Below the pieces are notes generated by a model that saw only the letters and a list, made by a program, of their open reading frames with translations, made no database searches and was not told the origin of the DNA. Both the position numbers and the translations under genes were made by a program. DNA of 28,086 nt from the IMG/VR virus record IMGVR_UViG_3300020042_005495, positions 1 to 28,086 of that record, one strand, 5' to 3'. Position 1 is the stretch's first letter. Every line of letters begins with the position of its first letter. Of this stretch, positions 1 through 9,347 are shown one piece after another. This stretch comes from a virus. Taxonomy: Duplodnaviria > Caudoviricetes.

Positions 1-2
1 TG

Positions 3-10
3 CATAAATA
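3..10 (+). promoter_or_regulatory. T4-type late promoter variant (CATAAATA) upstream of gp3
   Basis: One mismatch to the gp55-recognised TATAAATA, followed by SD AAGGAG and the ATG of a late tail gene at 27. Confidence 0.6.
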
Positions 11-26
11 GTAAAAAGGAGATACT

Positions 27-572
27 ATGAGTGCCTTAACAAACACACCAACAAACAGAAACGCGCTTTCACCAATTAATTTTAGGATGGTGCTTCAGAA
101 AGCACCTGGTGTAACTTTCTTCCTTCAAGGGTTCTCATTACCTGGCTTGACGTTTGAGGGTGATATTAATATGCCTACTCCTTTTGTTAAGATTCCTATC
201 CCTGGGGATCATTTAAATTATTCTCCTCTAACTATTTCTTACCTGGTAGATGAGGACCTGAAAAACTACTTTGAAATTTTGAACTGGATGATTGACATTT
301 CAGGGCCAAGAGAGACACTGACCCCACCTGAATCAAATACTCGATTTGGGTTCAATAACTTAATTGATACTGATCCTCTGGCTACAGCTAGATCAGATAT
401 AAAGATCATGGTTCTTTCAAGCTCAAAGAACCCTAACATAGAGATAACTTTTTTTGATGCATTCCCAGTAGCTCTTGGAGAGTTATCGTTTAATACAACG
501 GCTACATCAGTTAATTACCTCGAAACCTCGGTCACCTTCGAGTATATAAAGTATAAGATTGTTAAACTATAG
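27..572 (+). CDS. gp3: T4 gp3-like tail completion / sheath stabilizer protein
   Basis: N-x-LSP..F, PG-D-x-L-x-Y..L-x-I-x-Y-x-VDEDL-x-NY and terminal F-x-Y pattern of the gp3/tail-tube fold; position before uvsY-uvsW as in T4-like phages. Confidence 0.85.
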   Translation: MSALTNTPTNRNALSPINFRMVLQKAPGVTFFLQGFSLPGLTFEGDINMPTPFVKIPIPGDHLNYSPLTISYLVDEDLKNYFEILNWMIDISGPRETLTPPESNTRFGFNNLIDTDPLATARSDIKIMVLSSSKNPNIEITFFDAFPVALGELSFNTTATSVNYLETSVTFEYIKYKIVKL

Positions 573-601
573 TTGACATTTGAAAAACTTTCATGTACAA
601 T
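573..601 (+). promoter_or_regulatory. sigma70-type promoter TTGACA-N17-TACAAT upstream of uvsY
   Basis: Perfect -35 (573-578), 17-nt spacer, -10 TACAAT (596-601) in the intergenic gap. Confidence 0.8.
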
Positions 602-625
602 GCAATCTAATACTGGGGGGATTGC

Positions 626-1060
626 GTGAAAACAGATGAGTTAATTATTGAATGGGAAAAGGATAGTGAGATTGATAGAACAGAGCTTGGTAGAGAGTCT
701 CTACGTATTCCCCAGCTCCACTCAAAATATCTTAAAGAGTTCTATCTAGCTAAAAGTCTTCTTGTGAAACTGAATGCTGATTATGATACATTGAGTAGAT
801 TAAAGCATCAATATTATCTTGGTATACTCTCAAAAGAAGAGCTTGAGCAGTATGGATGGGATCCACAACCGCTTAAAATTCTCAAGTCAGATATACCAAT
901 GTACCTGAGTTCTGATGCTGAACTACAAACTATACAGACCAAGATTCGCTTGACAGAGGACAAGATAGGATTAGTTGAAAATATTATACGTACACTCAAT
1001 AATCGAGGTTATCTGCTTAAAAATGCTATTGAGTGGGAAAAATTTAAGATGGGATTATGA
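626..1060 (+). CDS. uvsY: UvsY recombination mediator protein
   Basis: W..DS.ID...L..ES..IP.LHSKYL and R.Y.LKNAIEW.KF signatures; GTG start after GGGGGA; adjacent to uvsW. Confidence 0.9.
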   Translation: MKTDELIIEWEKDSEIDRTELGRESLRIPQLHSKYLKEFYLAKSLLVKLNADYDTLSRLKHQYYLGILSKEELEQYGWDPQPLKILKSDIPMYLSSDAELQTIQTKIRLTEDKIGLVENIIRTLNNRGYLLKNAIEWEKFKMGL

Positions 1061-2496
1061 TACAGATAGAAAAGTTTAACGACACTTACAACAAAGTACA
1101 TTGTAGTGACGACATAGCCCAGGAACTAAGTGACTACTTTACATTTGAAGTGCCTGGAGCTCGTTTTATTCCCTCTGTAAAGAACAAAAAATGGGATGGT
1201 AAGATACGACTTTTCAATTCTGGTACGCATAACATATACGCAGGATTAATTGATTACATAAAAGACTTTGCAAAGCAGAATGATTATCCTGTAGAGCTGC
1301 TATCTGACTTCTCTGAAAATGACACTGAATTTGATCCTGACCAATTCTTCAAAAATATTGGACTCACAAAGCAGCCTAGAGATTATCAGATAGCAGCTTT
1401 CCTTCATGCAATCAAGAAGAGAAGATCATTGCTATTATCTCCAACAGCATCTGGCAAGTCACTCATTATCTATTTAATTTGCAGGTACTACAGTAAGAAG
1501 ACGTTGTTAATTGTTCCCACAACGTCGTTGGTCCATCAAATGTATTCTGATTTTGAAGAATATGGATTTGATTCGAAGACCAATTGTCATATGATATTCT
1601 CTGGTCAAGAGAAAGACATCGATAAGCAGATATACATATCAACATGGCAGTCAATATACAATCTACCACGTAAATGGTTCCAGCAGTTCGAAGTTGTTAT
1701 AGGAGATGAGGCTCATTTATTCAAGGCCAAGTCTCTAACAACAATCATGCAGAACCTTTTTAACTGTCCATATAGATTTGGATTCACTGGTACGCTAGAT
1801 GGATCCCATACGCATAAATTAGTATTAGAAGGATTGTTTGGTACTGTAAAGAAAGTAACTACAACAGCAGAATTAATTGAGCAGAAACATTTATCTGAAT
1901 TTAAAGTTAAGGCAGTTGTTCTTAACTATGATGATTATTATAGGAAGTTATTAAAGGCAGCACCGTATAGAGATGAGTTGGATTTCCTTGTTCATCACCA
2001 GCCAAGAAATCAGTTTATCTGTAATTTGGCTATAGGGTTGAAAGGTAACTCACTTATTCTTTATCAGTATGTTGACAAACACGGAAAAGCGATATATGAT
2101 CTTATTAAAAGTAAAGCAGGGGACAGACAAGTTTATTTTGTCTCTGGTGAGATTAGTGGTGAGGACAGAGATATTATTAGAAGAGCTGTGGAGTTGGAAA
2201 CTGATTCGATTATTGTTGCTTCTTATGGTACTTTTTCTACTGGCGTCAATATTACGAACTTGCACAATGTCATTTTCGCTTCACCTTCAAAATCAAGAAT
2301 TAGAAACTTACAGTCCATTGGACGTGCCCTTAGAAAAGGAAATAGAAAAGAAAAAGCCTGCCTTTATGACATAGCTGATGATATTCAGTGGAAGCAGAGA
2401 AAGAATTACACACTTAATCACTTTGTAGAACGAATTAAGATCTATAGTGAGGAGAAGTTTGAGTATAAGACGTTCTCAATAGACCTAAAAGGATAA
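1057..2496 (+). CDS. uvsW: UvsW SF2 DNA/RNA-DNA helicase
   Basis: PRDYQ Q-motif, SPTASGKS Walker A, DEAH box, TGT motif III, QSIGRALR motif VI; WDGKIRLF N-terminus. Confidence 0.95.
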   Translation: MIQIEKFNDTYNKVHCSDDIAQELSDYFTFEVPGARFIPSVKNKKWDGKIRLFNSGTHNIYAGLIDYIKDFAKQNDYPVELLSDFSENDTEFDPDQFFKNIGLTKQPRDYQIAAFLHAIKKRRSLLLSPTASGKSLIIYLICRYYSKKTLLIVPTTSLVHQMYSDFEEYGFDSKTNCHMIFSGQEKDIDKQIYISTWQSIYNLPRKWFQQFEVVIGDEAHLFKAKSLTTIMQNLFNCPYRFGFTGTLDGSHTHKLVLEGLFGTVKKVTTTAELIEQKHLSEFKVKAVVLNYDDYYRKLLKAAPYRDELDFLVHHQPRNQFICNLAIGLKGNSLILYQYVDKHGKAIYDLIKSKAGDRQVYFVSGEISGEDRDIIRRAVELETDSIIVASYGTFSTGVNITNLHNVIFASPSKSRIRNLQSIGRALRKGNRKEKACLYDIADDIQWKQRKNYTLNHFVERIKIYSEEKFEYKTFSIDLKG

Positions 2497-2497
2497 A

Positions 2498-2902
2498 ATG
2501 GTTAAAATTATCAAGCTTCAAAATAACTCAGAGATAATTGGTACAATGATAGAGGACCAAACAGATAAAGTTGTTATTGATAATCCTTTCACGATCAATT
2601 ATATGTTTTCACCAAAGAGTGAACGGCCAGTAATAGGGTTGCTAAGATATCTACCTTTTGCCGAGCAGCGAGAGATATCATTCCATAAAGATAGTATTCT
2701 TAACGTGGTAGATGCTCGAGCATCCATGTCTGATTACTATTGTGTAGTACTCAAAACCTATGAAGCAGATATTGATGATAATATAGATAGAGAATTAAAC
2801 GAAATAACTGAAATGGAAAATGCAGAGAGTGAATTACATGATACAACTGATATGCTTTCAGCTATGCTCGAGAAACTGAATCCTAACAATAGCGTACACT
2901 AA
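2498..2902 (+). CDS. Conserved hypothetical protein between uvsW and gp55 (Sm-like beta-barrel N-terminus)
   Basis: IIKLQNNSEIIG..DNP N-terminus resembles Sm-like phage proteins; tightly packed in the operon. Confidence 0.6.
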   Translation: MVKIIKLQNNSEIIGTMIEDQTDKVVIDNPFTINYMFSPKSERPVIGLLRYLPFAEQREISFHKDSILNVVDARASMSDYYCVVLKTYEADIDDNIDRELNEITEMENAESELHDTTDMLSAMLEKLNPNNSVH

Positions 2903-2905
2903 AAT

Positions 2906-3445
2906 ATGGCTCAACATTACATTGACAATAAGAACTTCTACGAAGCGATCAAGAAGTATAGAGAGAGCATAAAGAAGGCACTAGAAGAAAACCAACCTAA
3001 GCCAAGAGTGCCAAATTACCTTGGTGAGTGTATTCTACTCATTGCTAACCGTCTTGCAACTAAACCTAATTTCATCAACTACTCGTACAAGGATGAGATG
3101 ATTGCGGATGGTATCGAAAACTGTGTAATGTATATTGATAACTTTGATCCAGAAAAGTCTACTAATCCATTTGCTTACTTCACACAAATAATTTACTTTG
3201 CATTCCTAAGACGGATACAAAAAGAAAAGAAGCATTTGTACATTAAGCATCAGGTATATAAAAACTCAATGGTGACCGATGAGATGTTCTATATGCAAGA
3301 TGGAGATGATTTTGATGGGCAGGGTATGGATAGTCATGTAGATAATGAAAAGATGAATGATTTTATTAAATCTTTTGAGGAAGGCTTAGAGAAGAAACGT
3401 AAGCCAAGTCAGAAAGCAGGACTTGAAAAGTTCTTTGAGGAGTAG
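2906..3445 (+). CDS. gp55: gp55 late-transcription sigma factor
   Basis: HYIDNK.F, NYLGEC..LIA..L..KPNF.NYSY..EMI.DGIENC, NFDPEKS.NPFAYFTQIIYFAFLRRI.KEKK. Confidence 0.95.
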   Translation: MAQHYIDNKNFYEAIKKYRESIKKALEENQPKPRVPNYLGECILLIANRLATKPNFINYSYKDEMIADGIENCVMYIDNFDPEKSTNPFAYFTQIIYFAFLRRIQKEKKHLYIKHQVYKNSMVTDEMFYMQDGDDFDGQGMDSHVDNEKMNDFIKSFEEGLEKKRKPSQKAGLEKFFEE

Positions 3446-3446
3446 T

Positions 3447-4496
3447 ATGAAGATTGCATTGATAACAGATACACACTATGGGGCCAGAGGAGACCATGCA
3501 GCATTCGACAAACATTTTAAGAAATTCTACGACCAAACGTTTTTCCCAACACTTGATGAACGAGGAATACGGAACGTTATTCATCTTGGGGATATGTTTG
3601 ATCGTCGTAAGTATATTAACTACCTTACTCTCAACAATTGCCGCGAGTACTTTTTTGATCCTTTACGTGATCGGAAAATTAAACTTGATGTTATCGTTGG
3701 TAACCACGATGTTTTCTACAAAAACACAAACTCAGTAAACTCTCCCGGCCTGCTGCTATCTGACTACAATAATATAACACCTTACAGTGACCCGGTAGAG
3801 CTAACATACGATGGTCTAGATATATTGATGCTGCCGTGGATATGCACTGACAACTACCAAGAAGTAATGGCGATGATTAACAGTACAAGAGCGCAAGTGT
3901 GCTTTGGTCATCTTGAATTAGCTGGTTTTCAAATGTATAAAGGACAGGTAAACGACCATGGATTTGATTCTAAAATATTCGAGCAATTTGATCTTGTTTG
4001 TACTGGTCACTTTCATCATCGTTCAAACTCTGGCAATATTCACTATCTCGGAAATCCTTATGAGCTTACGTGGGCTGATTACGAAGACCCAAGAGGGTTC
4101 CACATCTTCGACACAGAGACAAGAGAGTTAGAGTTTATACAGAACCCTAACAGGATGTTCCATAAGATATTCTTCAACAAAGAATATAACATTAGTGACT
4201 ACAGTCATTTAAAGGATACGTTTGTGAAGGTTATTGTTCAGAACAGAGACCTACAAGCAAAGTTTGATGTGTTAATTGATAAGTTGGAAAAGGCTGGTGT
4301 CGCTGATCTGCAAGTAGTTGATGATCACATGCACCAAGATCTTGTGGATGATAATGAAATTATTGAAGATGCAGAAGATACAATGACCATACTATCCAAG
4401 TTTTGTGAGCAACTAGAGACGCAGACAGACAAAGCACGTCTTGACAAATTACTCAGAAACCTGTATAATGAAGCGATCAACCTAGAGTCAGCTTAA
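3447..4496 (+). CDS. gp47: gp47 recombination endonuclease, Mre11/SbcD-like nuclease subunit
   Basis: DTHYG, GDMFD, GNHD, GHFH phosphoesterase motifs; start moved to ATG 3447 (MKIALITD) after SD GAGGAG and the gp55 stop. Confidence 0.93.
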   Translation: MKIALITDTHYGARGDHAAFDKHFKKFYDQTFFPTLDERGIRNVIHLGDMFDRRKYINYLTLNNCREYFFDPLRDRKIKLDVIVGNHDVFYKNTNSVNSPGLLLSDYNNITPYSDPVELTYDGLDILMLPWICTDNYQEVMAMINSTRAQVCFGHLELAGFQMYKGQVNDHGFDSKIFEQFDLVCTGHFHHRSNSGNIHYLGNPYELTWADYEDPRGFHIFDTETRELEFIQNPNRMFHKIFFNKEYNISDYSHLKDTFVKVIVQNRDLQAKFDVLIDKLEKAGVADLQVVDDHMHQDLVDDNEIIEDAEDTMTILSKFCEQLETQTDKARLDKLLRNLYNEAINLESA

Positions 4497-4504
4497 CACT
4501 CTAC

Positions 4505-4566
4505 GGAGAAGTGCTGGGCAAAGTGATCCACCCAAAGTCTGCCAGACTTCACTCCAGCACTTCTCC
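4505..4566 (+). other. Intergenic long hairpin between gp47 and gp46
   Basis: GGAGAAGTGCTGG (4505-4517) is the exact reverse complement of CCAGCACTTCTCC (4554-4566); inner AGTG/CACT and AAGTCT/AGACTT stems; no U-tract. Confidence 0.75.
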
Positions 4567-4584
4567 ACCCTACAATAAAGCACT

Positions 4585-6303
4585 ATGATATTATTTTCAG
4601 TGATCCGTTGGAAGAATATTCTATCTACTGGTGATGCTTGGACAGAAGTAAACTTTAGAAAATCTAAATCCACATTAATTGTTGGAGAGAATGGTGCTGG
4701 TAAGAGCACCATCTTAGATGCTATCTGTTTTGCTCTGTTTGCTAAACCGTTCAGAAAGATTAACAAGCCACAACTCGTAAACTCTATTAACAAGAAGGGC
4801 ATGTTAGTAGAGTTGGAATTTTCTATTGGTAGTAAGCAGTATCTGATTCGCAGAGGACAGAAGCCGAACGTCTTCGATATCATCTGTGATGGTAATATGT
4901 TGAACCAGACTTCCGATGTTAGAGAGTATCAAGAGATGCTTGAGGGTAATATACTCAAGCTAAACTTCAAGTCATTTTCGCAAATTGTTATTCTTGGCAG
5001 TGCATCGTTTACACCTTTTATGCAACTACCAGCTGCTCATCGTAGAGAGATTATTGAGGACCTGTTAGACATACAGATCTTCTCAGTTATGAATACTCTA
5101 CTAAAAGAAAAAGTAGCTTTGAATAAACAAGAGATTACGAGTGTTTCTTACGAGATGAAAGTTGCAGCTGATAAGATTGAGCTGCATAACAAACTTGTAA
5201 AGACCCTTACTGACAATAAACAGACTACCATCACTGCAAAGAATAATCAGCTCAAAGAAGTAACTGGTAATATGCAAATAGCTCTTGATGTCATTAAGGA
5301 GCACAGAGAGAAGATTATAACTCTCAAAGGCAATATAGTAGATGAGGATACGGTATCTGGTAAGTATTCTAACTACATTAATTTGAAACGTACAGGTGAG
5401 AATAAGCTAAAGAACATAAACGATGGTATTGTATTTTTACAGGATCATGAAAGTTGCCCAACTTGTAGTCAGAATATAGACGCTCACTTTAAAGATGGTA
5501 GTATTGAAGAGAAGACTAAACAAAAAGTGGAAGTTGAAACATCACTGTCTTCTTTGCAAGGACTCATCGCAGCTCTGGATGAGAGACTGATGGATATTTC
5601 TGATGTACACTCTCTTATTGAAGAACAAGGTACGTACATACAAGAATACAATACACAAGTAAAGATATATCAGAACACAATTAAACTGTTACAAGATGAA
5701 ATAAAATTGTTACAATCCGAGATTGAAGTGCAGCACACGGATGATGCAGAAGAGTTAAGTGCTATTAAACGAACTCTAAAGGCAGCCATCAATACAAAAG
5801 AAGAGCTACTGAAAGACAAATCAGCTCTTGATGTTGCAGCTGTGCTACTAAAAGACTCTGGTGTTAAGACTAAGATCATCAAGCAGTATATTCCTGTAAT
5901 AAATAAACTAGTTAACAAATACTTGGCTGCAATGGACTTCTTTGTTAACTTTGAGTTGAATGAGAACTTTGAAGAGACTATCAAATCAAGACATCGTGAT
6001 GATTTCTGTTATGAGTCGTTCTCCGAGGGTGAGAAGATGAGGATTGACCTTGCTTTGTTATTCACATGGAGAGCAATCAGTAAGCTGAGAAACTCTGCTT
6101 CCACTAACTTACTGATCATGGATGAAGTATTTGATAGTTCGTTAGACAATAACGGCACTGAAGAGTTCTTGAAGATCATAAGCACGTTGACTGCAGACAC
6201 GAACTTGTTTATAATATCCCACAAAGGTGATCAGTTGTTCGATAAATTCCACTCAGTCATCAAATTCCAAAAAGTAAAAAACTTTAGTCAGATGGTGAAA
6301 TAA
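4585..6303 (+). CDS. gp46: gp46 recombination endonuclease, Rad50/SbcC-like ATPase subunit
   Basis: GENGAGKS Walker A, coiled coil with CPTC zinc hook, FSEGEKMR signature, LLIMDE Walker B, ISH H-loop. Confidence 0.95.
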   Translation: MILFSVIRWKNILSTGDAWTEVNFRKSKSTLIVGENGAGKSTILDAICFALFAKPFRKINKPQLVNSINKKGMLVELEFSIGSKQYLIRRGQKPNVFDIICDGNMLNQTSDVREYQEMLEGNILKLNFKSFSQIVILGSASFTPFMQLPAAHRREIIEDLLDIQIFSVMNTLLKEKVALNKQEITSVSYEMKVAADKIELHNKLVKTLTDNKQTTITAKNNQLKEVTGNMQIALDVIKEHREKIITLKGNIVDEDTVSGKYSNYINLKRTGENKLKNINDGIVFLQDHESCPTCSQNIDAHFKDGSIEEKTKQKVEVETSLSSLQGLIAALDERLMDISDVHSLIEEQGTYIQEYNTQVKIYQNTIKLLQDEIKLLQSEIEVQHTDDAEELSAIKRTLKAAINTKEELLKDKSALDVAAVLLKDSGVKTKIIKQYIPVINKLVNKYLAAMDFFVNFELNENFEETIKSRHRDDFCYESFSEGEKMRIDLALLFTWRAISKLRNSASTNLLIMDEVFDSSLDNNGTEEFLKIISTLTADTNLFIISHKGDQLFDKFHSVIKFQKVKNFSQMVK

Positions 6304-6788
6304 TGATATCAATTATTGATAATGTAATATCAGAAAAGCAAGCTCGGTATTGTATTGATAAATTTCATCAAGACATTCCATCAACATTGTTTCATGGTAA
6401 GACTATTATAAGTAATGAACAGAATTTTAGAGATGATTTACAGTTTGTTGAAATAATGAACAGCATCATACAATATGCCTATTTGTTAAATCCATTGATA
6501 GAGGTTGAGTGGTCAGAACTTAATTACTGGCCTACTTTGACAGGAGTTGGTCTTCACTACGATACATCGTCCGATGAAACTGTATTTACTTCTGTAACAT
6601 ATTTAAATAATAGTTATAGAGGTGGTGAAACATACTTCGAAGATGGTACAGTAGTATCTCCTGTTATTGGAAGGACTGTATTCTTTGATGGAAACAAATA
6701 TAAGCACGGGGTCATGCAACTATCTCATGGTTCAAGATTTTCCCTGCCGGTATGGTATAAGAAAAAGGATTTAATAAATGATATATGA
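6303..6788 (+). CDS. 2OG-Fe(II) oxygenase (prolyl-4-hydroxylase-like)
   Basis: H-Y-D, TSVTYLN..Y.GGET.F, H-G-V...G.R-x-S motifs. Confidence 0.85.
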   Translation: MISIIDNVISEKQARYCIDKFHQDIPSTLFHGKTIISNEQNFRDDLQFVEIMNSIIQYAYLLNPLIEVEWSELNYWPTLTGVGLHYDTSSDETVFTSVTYLNNSYRGGETYFEDGTVVSPVIGRTVFFDGNKYKHGVMQLSHGSRFSLPVWYKKKDLINDI

Positions 6789-7296
6789 TTTAGTTGCTCC
6801 GGATCATCCATTACTTAGAACAAAGCTGGAGAGATTCAACTTCAGTAATCCTCCAATCAATCCACACGAGCTTGCAAATAACCTTATTGAAACAATGGTT
6901 CATTATAAGGGTATTGGTATCTCTGCTAATCAATGTGGGTTACCCTATAGAGCTTTTGTTCTTTGGTCTAATCCAACAAAGGTAATGTTCAATCCTGTTA
7001 TTGCTGACGTATCTACTGAACAGATTATGTTGGAAGAAGGATGCTTGACTTATCCAAATCTTTTCATTAAAATAAAACGTCCTAAGTTGGTTCGTGTTCG
7101 TTACATGGATTCGTTCGGTGAAGCACAGACGGACAAGTTTACTGGAATGTCAGCACGGTGCGTACTACATGAAATGGATCATCTTGATGGTGTTAATTTT
7201 ACATTCAAGGCAAACAAGTTTCACTATGATCAAGCAATGAGACAAAAGAACAAGCGTCAAAAATCTTATAAGGTGCCAGAACATGAGCAAAATTAA
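6778..7296 (+). CDS. def: Peptide deformylase
   Basis: Three PDF motifs: GIGISANQCG, EGCLT, HEMDHLDG. Confidence 0.93.
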   Translation: MIYDLVAPDHPLLRTKLERFNFSNPPINPHELANNLIETMVHYKGIGISANQCGLPYRAFVLWSNPTKVMFNPVIADVSTEQIMLEEGCLTYPNLFIKIKRPKLVRVRYMDSFGEAQTDKFTGMSARCVLHEMDHLDGVNFTFKANKFHYDQAMRQKNKRQKSYKVPEHEQN

Positions 7297-8134
7297 AGTA
7301 GCCGAGCTGTTTTACAGCTTGCAGGGTGAGGGTAAGTATGTTGGTGCACCTAGTGTGTTTCTACGGACGTTTGGATGTAACTTTACCTGTAGTGGATTTG
7401 GTATGCCTGCAGGAAAGCAATCTACCGAAAGAGAACCAATAGCTGTCAATATAGCACAGTACAAATCATACAATCATCTGCCTCTAGTGCATACTGGGTG
7501 TGATTCGTATGCTAGTTGGGATCCAAGGTTTAAACATCTATCTCCTGTACTTGATACTGATACAATTGTAGAAACAATCATGGAGATGCTACCAGAGAAT
7601 AAATGGAACAACGAGCATCTAATTATCACTGGTGGTGAACCACTTCTTGGATGGCAACGTTCGTATGAAGACTTGCTAACACATGAGAAGATGAAGGGAA
7701 TTAAGTCTATCACATTTGAGACTAACGGTACCCAGAATCTAACAGAAGACTTTAAGAAGTTTTTGTATAATTATTCAAAATATTATAAGGGTGATACAGA
7801 GATTATTTTCTCTGTTAGTGCTAAGCTGAGTCCATCGGGTGAAAAATGGGAAGATGCAATTTTACCTGAGGTTGTAAAGATATATGATTGGTATGGTGAA
7901 GTATACTTTAAGTTTGTAGTAGATAAAGAAACTGACATGTATGAGATTGACCGTGCTATTGAAGCATACCGTGGTGCTGGCATCAATGGGGATGTATACT
8001 TAATGCCTGTTGGTGGTACTGATCAACTTTATTTTAATAATTACAAAGCAGTAGCTGAAATGGCAATGAAACGTGGTTGGAGATATAGCCCTCGTCTCCA
8101 GGTAGACATTTGGCGTAATGCGTGGGGTACGTGA
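7283..8134 (+). CDS. queE: 7-carboxy-7-deazaguanine synthase QueE (radical SAM)
   Basis: E.FYSLQGEG...G.PSVFLR..GC, ITGGEP, ETNGT, S.KL, YLMP, R.SPRL motifs; Fe-S motif CX3CX36C. Confidence 0.88.
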   Translation: MSKIKVAELFYSLQGEGKYVGAPSVFLRTFGCNFTCSGFGMPAGKQSTEREPIAVNIAQYKSYNHLPLVHTGCDSYASWDPRFKHLSPVLDTDTIVETIMEMLPENKWNNEHLIITGGEPLLGWQRSYEDLLTHEKMKGIKSITFETNGTQNLTEDFKKFLYNYSKYYKGDTEIIFSVSAKLSPSGEKWEDAILPEVVKIYDWYGEVYFKFVVDKETDMYEIDRAIEAYRGAGINGDVYLMPVGGTDQLYFNNYKAVAEMAMKRGWRYSPRLQVDIWRNAWGT

Positions 8135-8146
8135 AAAGAATACTTT

Positions 8147-8599
8147 ATGGACATAACAACTGATGTTTTCTTCAAAGCGATGGCTTGCCTTGATCAGCAA
8201 GTCCGACAGAGTGAGATCCGATTTGACACTGTGGTTGGAATCAGTCGTGGTGGTCTTATTGCTTCTACTGTTCTGTCTCACAGGCTTGAGGTTCCTTTAC
8301 GGGTTGTGGAGTGGTCCACAAGAGATACGGGACTCCAATACTGTCCAGAGGATCTCTATCAATCAATCATTGAAGGAAAACGAATACTTCTTGTAGATGA
8401 TATTATAGACAGCGGTAAAACCATTCGAGAGCTGTTGGACATCTGGGGTAGGGAAGATGAGATTAATGTTAGTGTTGCATGCATTGTGTATAACACAGCG
8501 CAAGATCTTGCTGTTCCAGACTTTTGGTTCAGACAAATAGACCGAGATGTAGATAAAGAGTGGGTTAACTTTTGGTGGGAAAAGAATGGACATTTTTAA
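8147..8599 (+). CDS. Type I purine phosphoribosyltransferase (Gpt/XPRT-like)
   Basis: VVGISRGG, PRPP-binding ILLVDDIIDSGKT, C-terminal WVNFWWE (cf. W..FPW of Gpt). Confidence 0.88.
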   Translation: MDITTDVFFKAMACLDQQVRQSEIRFDTVVGISRGGLIASTVLSHRLEVPLRVVEWSTRDTGLQYCPEDLYQSIIEGKRILLVDDIIDSGKTIRELLDIWGREDEINVSVACIVYNTAQDLAVPDFWFRQIDRDVDKEWVNFWWEKNGHF

Positions 8600-9113
8600 T
8601 ATAGCAATAACAAAGTATCCTCCTATCTCTTACAAGTACACAAGTACTAAAGAGTATGTGGATGCCTTTCCAGTAGCATATCGTCAATGGAGAGCTGATA
8701 GTCATTGCAATCTGATTCATGGTTATAGTTTCTCAATGAAGTTCTTCTTTGGTACTAATGATCTTGATGTTCGTAACTGGGCAGCTGATTATGGTGGATT
8801 GAAAGAACTGAAAGAGGTATTACAGGATCAATTTGATCATACACTACTTGTAGCAGAGGATGATCCTGAACTTGAAACATATAAGATTCTGCAAGAGAAG
8901 AAGATGGCAAAGCTAACTATTCTTCCTAAACTTGGATGTGAAGGTCTTGCTGATCAGCTATACAAGTATGTAAACGGCGTGTACATCCCTGACTATTGGG
9001 GTGTGGGTGAGGCTAAGCGTTTATGGTGTTATCGTGTTGAGGTGCGTGAAACACAGTCTAATATGGCTTTCCGTGAAGGGCATCGTGAATGGAATGAGGA
9101 TCTATTTGAGTGA
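8586..9113 (+). CDS. queD: 6-carboxy-tetrahydropterin synthase QueD (PTPS family)
   Basis: SHC..IHGY, D.GGLK.LK..L...FDHT, CEGLA and V.V.ET motifs of the T-fold QueD family. Confidence 0.85.
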   Translation: MDIFNIAITKYPPISYKYTSTKEYVDAFPVAYRQWRADSHCNLIHGYSFSMKFFFGTNDLDVRNWAADYGGLKELKEVLQDQFDHTLLVAEDDPELETYKILQEKKMAKLTILPKLGCEGLADQLYKYVNGVYIPDYWGVGEAKRLWCYRVEVRETQSNMAFREGHREWNEDLFE

Positions 9114-9346
9114 GTGATTTACCTTTTGATCCTGCCAACCGACATACGAGGAAGCAATTTCCTTGGGCACCTGATGGAGTGTATGACCACTCTGGATATG
9201 AAGTCAGGTATGTAATAGAACAGGGCTACATCATGCTCAACATATCCAAGATGTGGTTGGACAATGGTGGCCCTGAAGATGTCGACATTGCACTGAGACT
9301 TCCTTGGGGCACTTACATGGATATTCCACCCAAACCTCCAAAATAA
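9110..9346 (+). CDS. Hypothetical protein
   Basis: GTGA overlap with queD stop, SD GAGGA; no recognisable motif. Confidence 0.6.
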   Translation: MSDLPFDPANRHTRKQFPWAPDGVYDHSGYEVRYVIEQGYIMLNISKMWLDNGGPEDVDIALRLPWGTYMDIPPKPPK

Positions 9347-9347
9347 T

